DNA of 64,000 nucleotides from Candidatus Bathyarchaeia archaeon (lineage in GTDB: Archaea; Thermoproteota; Bathyarchaeia; Bathyarchaeales; Bathycorpusculaceae), in NCBI GenBank assembly GCA_050010755.1, contig JBEKKK010000001.1, positions 864,001 through 928,000 on the forward strand. The letters run 5' to 3'. The translations under genes and the position numbers were made by a program. Shown here piece after piece: positions 57,188 to 64,000 of this stretch. The notes beneath the pieces were generated by a model. The model did no database searches, was not told where the DNA came from, and was given only the letters and a program-made list of their open reading frames with translations. Position 1 is the stretch's first letter; every line of letters starts with the position of its first letter.

Positions 57188-57894
57188 TCTTATTTTCATT
57201 AAGGCAACTTGCATTTAAGAGATTTGGGTCAATGGTTGGGTCAATTGGGTCAGTGTTCTTTTTCTCTTCGCGCCCGAACGATGGGCAACTTGACCATCAG
57301 ATATATTGGCAAGAAGACAAGGATAGAGAGTAGTGAATAGATGATTGGAATGGTAACTCATAAACAGAAAGAAAAGATACAGGCTCAGAACAAACCCAAG
57401 AAACTGAGGAAAGAAACACAACGCAAAAAGAAGTGACTATCGTTTTGCCAAGCTTGGCTCTTTTCTTGAATTGATAGAGATTTCAGGGATTCCATAGAAG
57501 TTTTTCATCGCAGGAAGGCTAGTCTACACACAAAGAAGAAATCACAAACTGAAGAAGGATAGCCTGTTCTACAGTTTAGAACAACTTGTACAAAAGCATA
57601 GAATAATGAGGCTGTTTTCCCAGTAGTTCTTCGTTGGTGAGGAAAGAGCGGAACTCCCTTCTCCTTTCTCATTCTACTCTTCCTCACAAATAGAAACTTA
57701 TCCTGCAAGACGATTTTCATTGACAGAGAGCTCTGGAACCGCGGACACTTATGTTGGCCGTTCAGTCTTGGTGAGAAAAGGGAATCTAGGACTCTTTTCC
57801 ATAGAGAATACCTCTTCTGTTTGCGGCAGGTGTTTGTTTATTGATTCTTCCACAAATCATAAGAACTACAAAAAGGACTAGTTGATGACGTGCC

Positions 57895-58401
57895 ATGGAG
57901 AAAATGAAAACCATCGATAACAGACTCTTGGGTGAGCTACTGAAGAATAGTCGCAGGAGTGACAGAGAATTGGCCAAGGTTCTCGGAGTGTCTCAACCCA
58001 CTGTCACCAGGAGAAGGACAGCTCTTGAAAAGGACTTCATTGATGGGTACACGGCGATACCAAAATGGGAAAAAGTCGGTTTTGAATTAATTGCGTTCAC
58101 CTTTGTAAAAACCAAGCTCAAGTATGCCAAGCCTGAAGTGAGGAAAGCAGGTTTCAAGAGAGTGGAAGAGTGGATGATGAACCACGCCAATGTTATCTTA
58201 ACCATAGACGGACAGGGAATGGGGTGGGATGCAGTCTTTGTTTCATTCCACAAGAACTATTCAGCCTTTGCAGAGTTCATGAGAGAGCATGACAGTGAGC
58301 TTTCAGATAATTTGATTGAAAGCTCAAGCTTCATCGCAGACATTAACCCGATAACTATTAGAAAAGCATTTCACCTGAAGTATCTGGCAGATGCGAAATA
58401 G
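57895..58401 (+). CDS. Lrp/AsnC family transcriptional regulator
   Basis: D..LLGELLKNSRRSDRELAKVLGVSQPTVTRR...IDGYT.IP...KVG. Confidence 0.92.
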   Translation: MEKMKTIDNRLLGELLKNSRRSDRELAKVLGVSQPTVTRRRTALEKDFIDGYTAIPKWEKVGFELIAFTFVKTKLKYAKPEVRKAGFKRVEEWMMNHANVILTIDGQGMGWDAVFVSFHKNYSAFAEFMREHDSELSDNLIESSSFIADINPITIRKAFHLKYLADAK

Positions 58402-58724
58402 TACTGTAGAAACGAAAGGCAGAAAGATCTATCGGAAGGATGTACAAAAGTTATAAGAACTGAAACAAAAGGACAGATTCGCTAATAGAGAAAAAAATGC
58501 GTTGATTGGATTGGGTTTATTTCAGTGCGATCTTCACGGTTCTTGCTGTTTTCTTCAGAGGGAGTTTAGGGCCTAAAACTCCATCTTTGAACTGCTCAAC
58601 CTTTTTTAGGTCCGCTCATGGGCTAGATTGTAGCAAGCTGAATACACGCACGCGTTGAGTATGGTTAGCGGAAAAGCGTATACCACAGGTTCCCTTGACA
58701 CATGATGAAGAATTGTATCGGTGA

Positions 58725-59186
58725 GTGCTTGTGATCAAATCTAATATCAGGCTTTACGTAAAAAGCGTCAAAACAGTAACAGGGAATATTGAACTGGATC
58801 TTGGGTATGAGCATGTTGAAGGCGCTTATGACCGTCAAGTACTGGATGAAAGCGGTGGTTACCCGTATGGACCGTATGGACAAACCATTGGTATTGATAG
58901 CGCCGATCGACCGAGCCATCCGCCGAACGTGAGGACAGGACCCAAAGAAGAGTACGTGCTTCCTGATGATCAAAAGGAAACTGTCAAACTGGTTCGAAGA
59001 GTGGCTTCCAAGCTTGGTTTGGGAGTTGAAGTAGTCGATGTGGCCAGAGAGAATGTTATCAGCAGAGAAATCCAGAAACAACGAGAAAAGATAAGAGTTT
59101 TCCCAACTCTGATTGTGAGTTCTGGAGAGAGAATCGAAGGCGCCCTAACTGAGGAACAAGTCAAGTCCCTCCTGTCAAGAAGTTGA
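58725..59186 (+). CDS. thioredoxin/glutaredoxin-fold-like protein lacking CxxC
   Basis: VEVVDV......I..FPTLIV..G.RIEG...EQVKSLL resembles the C-terminal half of the Trx fold; no Cys. Confidence 0.6.
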   Translation: MLVIKSNIRLYVKSVKTVTGNIELDLGYEHVEGAYDRQVLDESGGYPYGPYGQTIGIDSADRPSHPPNVRTGPKEEYVLPDDQKETVKLVRRVASKLGLGVEVVDVARENVISREIQKQREKIRVFPTLIVSSGERIEGALTEEQVKSLLSRS

Positions 59187-59291
59187 AAAACACGAAAAAC
59201 GCAAATCTCGCCAGAGCCGCGCTAATTCAATTGACTATTCAGCGGTTGCGCTGAGGATTCAACGTCTTCCACCCACTCATCTATCTGAGTT

Positions 59292-59552
59292 TTAATCCTC
59301 TCTATCCGCTTTATCTGGATTTGGCTCGCGCTGGCGGGAATAGATTTTTTTGGCACCCAAAGCTATCATAGTGGATAGAACAACTGCTGCAATCACATAA
59401 CCAACGGCTAGGACACGGTTGTTTCCAATAATTCCAGTAGCCCAGCCTATGGTATAGAATAATAAGAATAGCACAGTGATGATTATTCCGACAACGCTAT
59501 GCGGACCGCGCGACGGCCACCATTGCCCTGATTCTCTTCCTTCATCATCCAT
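59292..59552 (-). CDS. small 2-TM membrane protein
   Basis: 86 aa, two hydrophobic helices; overlaps the upstream stop. Confidence 0.65.
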   Translation of the reverse strand: MDDEGRESGQWWPSRGPHSVVGIIITVLFLLFYTIGWATGIIGNNRVLAVGYVIAAVVLSTMIALGAKKIYSRQREPNPDKADRED

Positions 59553-61380
59553 AATGCGAACACCATAATTTCTTTTGGAAAAGCGCGCGCGTTAGGCTCC
59601 TCCTCTTTTTTTGTAGTATGGCTAAAGCTGAACTGATAATCAGCGCAATTGCTAAGATTGGTGTCAAGATTCCAGTGTTTGGAAATTCTGGTATTTGATT
59701 GTTGGCTACGGTGAAGGAAATCGTGTTTGAAGCTCCGACGAGGCCTAGCTTGTCTGCTGCGTAGACTGTTAGCGTGTGCGTGCCTGGGGTTAGCCCGGTC
59801 AGGGTGATGCTCTGGTTTGCAGTGGTGTTTGTTTGCCCGTCTAGGCTGTAAGCGGCCCACGAGACAGGTTTGTTCACTGTAAAGTTCAAAAGTACACTGT
59901 TGGTGTTAAACGTACTATTCTGTTTTGATTGGATGGAAACGTCTACCGGTACGGTGTCAACTGCAAAGCTTCCAAAGTACACGGTGTTTGAGGCTCCGGT
60001 GTTAAATGCTGGGTCGGTGGCGTACACGGTTATGTTGTGGAATCCGTCTGGAAGTTGGGGCAGGGTGGTGTTTCCAGTTATGGTGACGTTTAATCCGTTG
60101 TCTACGGCGTAGCCCATCCACTGAACGGGCTGGTTACTGTAGAAAGTCAAGGGAACACTGCTTGAAACGTATGTGCTGTTTTCAGGGGATAAGACTGTGA
60201 TGGTTGGAGGCGTAACGTCAGTTTTCAGCGTGACCATCGTGAGGTCAACGTAAAGCCCGCCCTGACCGAAGGTGTTTGATGCACCTGCCAATGCAAAATT
60301 GTCAGAGCTCATCTCAACTAGAGAATATGCTCGAGTGAACCATTCTTGCGGTTCTGTTACCGAGTCGTAGGTTTCGTTCCACAGTATGCCACCTGATGGA
60401 TCGGTTATTAGCAGGCATGCTCGGTCGCCGGTCATTGCATAGTTTCCATCACTGGTCTGGATCAATGAATACACTCCGAGTCCGGGGTAAGTCTGGCTCC
60501 ACATGACGTTGCCAGACGAGTCTGACTTTATCAGCCAAGCTCCGCGCGAGCCTGTGCTGTTTGTCATTGTCCAGCCCGCTAGGGCGTAGCCGCCGTCGCT
60601 TGTTTTGATAACCGATTCCGTCGTAGCCTCGTCGCTTGGTCCAGCATAAGTCTGATTCCACTGGATGTTGCCAACGGAGTCAACTTTCACGAGTCCAAAA
60701 GCGTTAGGATACGCTGTTGCCAAGGCGTAGCCGCCATCGCTTGTTTGAACCATGGAATTTGCCTCTTGCCCAGGGAGGGTTTGACTCCATATCATGTTTC
60801 CAGCGGAGTCTGTTTTGACCAGCCAGGTGCTTTGGCCAGCCCCATCGGAAGAGTTCACGTAGCCTGCTAGGAGGTATCCACCGTCGTTCGTTTGAATTAC
60901 GGAGTTTGCCCCATCGTCTAGGAGACCACCGTATGTCGCGTTCCATAGCATCGTACCGTTTGAATCAGTTTTAACCAGCCACATGTCAGTTCCGCCTGCG
61001 CCAAAAGAACTCGTATAGCCTGCCAACGCATAACCGCCGTCGCTGGTTTGAACCGCACACCTTGCCACATCATCCTGTAATCCACCATAAGTTTCGCTCC
61101 ACTGTAGCGAGGAAGTATTGGGCGCGATCTTCAAGAGCCACATGTCTGAGCCGCCCGCACCATAAGATCTGGTGTAGCCTGCTAATGCACAGCCGCCATC
61201 ACTAGTCTTTATTATTGAATAAGCCACGTTGTCCTGTGATCCGCCAAAACTGGTGCTAGATTCGAATAATGGTCCATAAGCCGCTTTAACTGGAACGCAA
61301 AAACAGGAAAAACTCACCATCAGGAATATCAAAAACATACAAACAAGAATTATGTGATGTCTTAAAGAGTGAACGTCCAT
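59545..61380 (-). CDS. cell-surface beta-propeller protein with two Ig-like domains and PEF-CTERM-like sorting signal
   Basis: Signal peptide; repeated QTSDGGYALAG...W L.KTDS.G...W..TY; two YSLDG...G.H..TVYA.D domains; IPEFP-TM-KKRR. Confidence 0.88.
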   Translation of the reverse strand: MDVHSLRHHIILVCMFLIFLMVSFSCFCVPVKAAYGPLFESSTSFGGSQDNVAYSIIKTSDGGCALAGYTRSYGAGGSDMWLLKIAPNTSSLQWSETYGGLQDDVARCAVQTSDGGYALAGYTSSFGAGGTDMWLVKTDSNGTMLWNATYGGLLDDGANSVIQTNDGGYLLAGYVNSSDGAGQSTWLVKTDSAGNMIWSQTLPGQEANSMVQTSDGGYALATAYPNAFGLVKVDSVGNIQWNQTYAGPSDEATTESVIKTSDGGYALAGWTMTNSTGSRGAWLIKSDSSGNVMWSQTYPGLGVYSLIQTSDGNYAMTGDRACLLITDPSGGILWNETYDSVTEPQEWFTRAYSLVEMSSDNFALAGASNTFGQGGLYVDLTMVTLKTDVTPPTITVLSPENSTYVSSSVPLTFYSNQPVQWMGYAVDNGLNVTITGNTTLPQLPDGFHNITVYATDPAFNTGASNTVYFGSFAVDTVPVDVSIQSKQNSTFNTNSVLLNFTVNKPVSWAAYSLDGQTNTTANQSITLTGLTPGTHTLTVYAADKLGLVGASNTISFTVANNQIPEFPNTGILTPILAIALIISSALAILQKKRRSLTRALFQKKLWCSHYG

Positions 61381-61596
61381 AGGCCAACCCCCTCGCACAT
61401 TTATGTTCTCTTGCGCGCTTATATTTCTAATGTTTAGAATGCTTGCGCGCGAGAGTTTGAGGGGTGTGGCGATATCTTCACTTATCGTGAGTTCAAACCT
61501 GCCTCACGACAATATAGGCTAAAGAGGCTTAGCGCGCGCCAAGAAGAAAACTTATAATTCGACATTTTCGATAATGTATTATTTGATGGTCATTGC

Positions 61597-62241
61597 ATGA
61601 GAACCCAGCTGTTGAAGGAAGAATTTATTCTGAAACAAATGGAGGGGTCTTTGGACATCGAGGGCAAATGTTCGAGAGGTGAATGTTACTTAACTGATCG
61701 CAGACTAATCTTTGAGGAATCTGACAGCAGGACTCATCAAAAGAGAATTCCAGACGAGGAAAAGTTCGTAAAAGATGCTGCTGTAGGATATGCGCTCATG
61801 GGCGGCTTCGGAGCATTATACGGAGCTGTTAGGAACACAGAAAGTAACAAGGGAGAAGTGATTCCTGGAAGCGATATCAGTACATGGTTTGAGGAAGTGA
61901 CCGACCTAAAAGTGACAGACAGTGCGGTCGAGATGACAATTCAAAAAGACACGAGCAAACCTAAATTGGTCAGGTTTGAGGCAGCACCGCACGCAGGAAA
62001 ATTCACGGCGAGCGAACAGGAAAAGTTGAAAGAACTGCTGAAGAGCGGCAAACTGAATACGAAAAATCCTGAGAAACAAGCACTTGATCTGGAAGCAAAA
62101 CTTTCGCTTCTCATAGAGTTCAACGCAAAGAAAGGTTTTCTGAGGCCCGAGCAAAAAGTTGAATACGACATTTCCAGAAAAATGAATTCGGGCAAGACGA
62201 GGGAAGAGGCAATCAAAGAACTCTACGATGAAACAAGCTGA
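61597..62241 (+). CDS. hypothetical protein with PH/GRAM-like motif
   Basis: G.CYLTDRRLIF strand pattern; Gly-rich hydrophobic insert. Confidence 0.6.
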   Translation: MRTQLLKEEFILKQMEGSLDIEGKCSRGECYLTDRRLIFEESDSRTHQKRIPDEEKFVKDAAVGYALMGGFGALYGAVRNTESNKGEVIPGSDISTWFEEVTDLKVTDSAVEMTIQKDTSKPKLVRFEAAPHAGKFTASEQEKLKELLKSGKLNTKNPEKQALDLEAKLSLLIEFNAKKGFLRPEQKVEYDISRKMNSGKTREEAIKELYDETS

Positions 62242-62271
62242 AATAATCACGCAAGGGCGCTACACAAATCT

Positions 62272-62781
62272 CTAGGGAGTTTTCAGGGTCAAAAGAAATT
62301 CGCAATATGGGTCTCCATGTCCTATACATTTCGTTTCCTTAACTTTTGGAGATACGTGTAGTATCCCTTCGTATATGCCTGAAAGCAAACCTATGATGTA
62401 AGTGCAATAGGTTGATTCTTTATCGCGCATCTCGGCGAAAATGTTATTCCAAACTCGGACTGTCATCCTCGCTTCTTCAAGCTTCAGTTCAGAAACTTCA
62501 AGTCTTCCTAAGCCGTTCTGAGAGAACCTCTTTGCGTAAAGACTCAATGAACTCTTGATATCAGTCTTTGCTTCTTTTCCAATCGAATCTACTATATTTC
62601 TGCCGGCCGCTCGGCTCGATTCTAGGAGAAGAACCTCAATCCCTGCCTTGAAAATCTCTGAGAGTCCTTTGAATACGCTTTCTAATCCCTTTTGATAAAC
62701 TACAAGAACCCTTTCCCCAGTCAATTTGTCTCTGATAATTCCGTTATCCTCATCAAAATCAAAATTTGCCAATGCGAACAC
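62272..62781 (-). CDS. V4R (4-vinyl reductase) domain protein
   Basis: GLG.LE, C....G...G, ETKCIGHGDPYCEF. Confidence 0.9.
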   Translation of the reverse strand: MFALANFDFDEDNGIIRDKLTGERVLVVYQKGLESVFKGLSEIFKAGIEVLLLESSRAAGRNIVDSIGKEAKTDIKSSLSLYAKRFSQNGLGRLEVSELKLEEARMTVRVWNNIFAEMRDKESTYCTYIIGLLSGIYEGILHVSPKVKETKCIGHGDPYCEFLLTLKTP

Positions 62782-62896
62782 TATATGCTACTTTGATGTT
62801 CCAGAAATAAAAGTTTTTAGCACGTACTTCAAACATTGCATTCATTCTTGTTTATGCTATTCGTACTGCCGAGGAGTGCGCGCGCTACGCGCCGTC

Positions 62897-63298
62897 TTAA
62901 TCACTCTTGCTTTCAGATATTAGCTTCTGTACCAGCCGCTCAATATCGTCTCTGATTTCTCTCACTTTCTCGATGGGCTTTCCCTTCGGGTCTTCCAGTT
63001 TCCAATCGATTGTTGGTTTAAAGAACGGTCCAGGGCAGATTCCTTGGTCATTGCATCCCATCGTAACAATCAAGTCAGAATCTTGTGCCATCTGAAAAGT
63101 GAGCAACTTGGGCTTATTCGTTGAGATGTCGATGCCTTTCTCCTTTAAGACTTCAACCACTACGGGATTAACTTTTTCGGCAGGTTTGTTGCCAGCGCTA
63201 GAGACGATAAATTTGTCTTTTCCGTACTTTTTAGCAAAAGCTTCTGCCATCTGGCTTCGGCCAGCATTCTCAACACAAACAAAAAGTATCCGCTTCAA
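62897..63298 (-). CDS. arsC: arsenate reductase, LMW-PTP family
   Basis: CVENAGRSQMAE P-loop, TMGC....CP, W..EDP.G; divergent from arsR. Confidence 0.92.
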   Translation of the reverse strand: MKRILFVCVENAGRSQMAEAFAKKYGKDKFIVSSAGNKPAEKVNPVVVEVLKEKGIDISTNKPKLLTFQMAQDSDLIVTMGCNDQGICPGPFFKPTIDWKLEDPKGKPIEKVREIRDDIERLVQKLISESKSD

Positions 63299-63367
63299 CT
63301 TGGTCCCTTAACAAGAGAATAAAAAACATATTTAAATGTGTTGTTATCATATCTTATTTGAAAAGAC

Positions 63368-63754
63368 ATGGCTATATCGAAGATTGACAAGAGGTTACAA
63401 CGGTTAGCAGCCTCTGGAATTTGCTCTGGCGAAACTGCCTCAGAATATGCTGAAAAGCTAAAGGAACAAGCAGACAAAAACCAAAGTTTGGAAAAAAGTG
63501 AAGCCCAGAGCAAAGTCCTCAAGGCTCTTGCAGACGCCATCAGATTGAGAATTCTAGGTTTGCTATCGTCCAAAGAGATGTGTGTTTGTGAAGTCATGGT
63601 TGCTCTCGATCTAACACAACCTACTGCTTCTCATCATCTGAGGATTCTAGAGAATGTTGGGCTGGTCAAGGACAGGAAAGAAGGAAAATGGGTTTTCTAC
63701 AGCATAGCAAACCCTGAGCTTCTTGAAGGCATGCGCAAACTGAAAATCCTTTGA
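63368..63754 (+). CDS. arsR: ArsR/SmtB family metalloregulator
   Basis: KALAD..RLRIL, EMCVCEV, SHHL..L...GLV...K.GKWVFY. Confidence 0.92.
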   Translation: MAISKIDKRLQRLAASGICSGETASEYAEKLKEQADKNQSLEKSEAQSKVLKALADAIRLRILGLLSSKEMCVCEVMVALDLTQPTASHHLRILENVGLVKDRKEGKWVFYSIANPELLEGMRKLKIL

Positions 63755-63841
63755 TTCTTTCAAGATGTAATCGTTGCAAAGCAATATGTTGTAACGATAG
63801 ATTTAAATTCTTGAATATGACTATTCGCCCTTTGTGAGCCA

Positions 63842-64000
63842 ATGAATATTGAGAAAGTTGTCCTGAAGTCTTCAAAAAAAGATTGTAATACATGTAGCAC
63901 ATGTGCAATTTTCAAGGCAGACAACCTCCGACACGCACTATCCAGGTTAAGCGGAGTATCAAAAGCTAAAGTTGACGAGATAACCGGTAAGGTCACGATA
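63842..64000 (+). CDS. heavy-metal-associated (HMA)-like domain protein, truncated by window end
   Basis: Manual translation MNIEKVVLKSSKKDCNTCSTCAIFKADNLRHALSRLSGVSKAKVDEITGKVTI; TTTAAA about 40 bp upstream. Confidence 0.75.
   Translation, partial: MNIEKVVLKSSKKDCNTCSTCAIFKADNLRHALSRLSGVSKAKVDEITGKVTI

Noticed and set aside
57109-57333. 74-aa plus-strand ORF
   Set aside because: Antisense translation of tRNA-Val.

Overview
Archaeal chromosomal window, most consistent with Bathyarchaeia (TACK); the taxonomic call is inferred from gene families, not from a database search. It has uL16/L10e, Csl4, RpoL, TFS, Dph2, ppsA and a tRNA-Arg(CCG) with two BHB introns. 1-36 kb is mostly housekeeping and envelope genes. 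36.5-43.3 kb holds two P3A H+-ATPases flanking a ClC channel. 43.5-57.1 kb is an accessory regulatory/surface region ending at tRNA-Val(GAC). It contains an orphan receiver, a candidate ~150-nt structured ncRNA, a giant TPR+Ig protein, two ~86% identical TasA/bundling-pilin-like subunits, and a larger subunit whose pilin-like fold is split by a ~480-aa insertion. It also contains a cassette encoding a small secreted Gly/Pro-rich peptide (ending GDPVGGGGFP), a tandem Lrp/AsnC regulator, a NitrOD5/DUF3227-like protein and a mini-TFB. This cassette is my best candidate for an undescribed system: possible peptide signalling controlling surface-fibre production. The window ends in an arsC/arsR/HMA locus. 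No CRISPR array, rRNA, transposase or integrase was seen. All family assignments are by-eye motif recognition.
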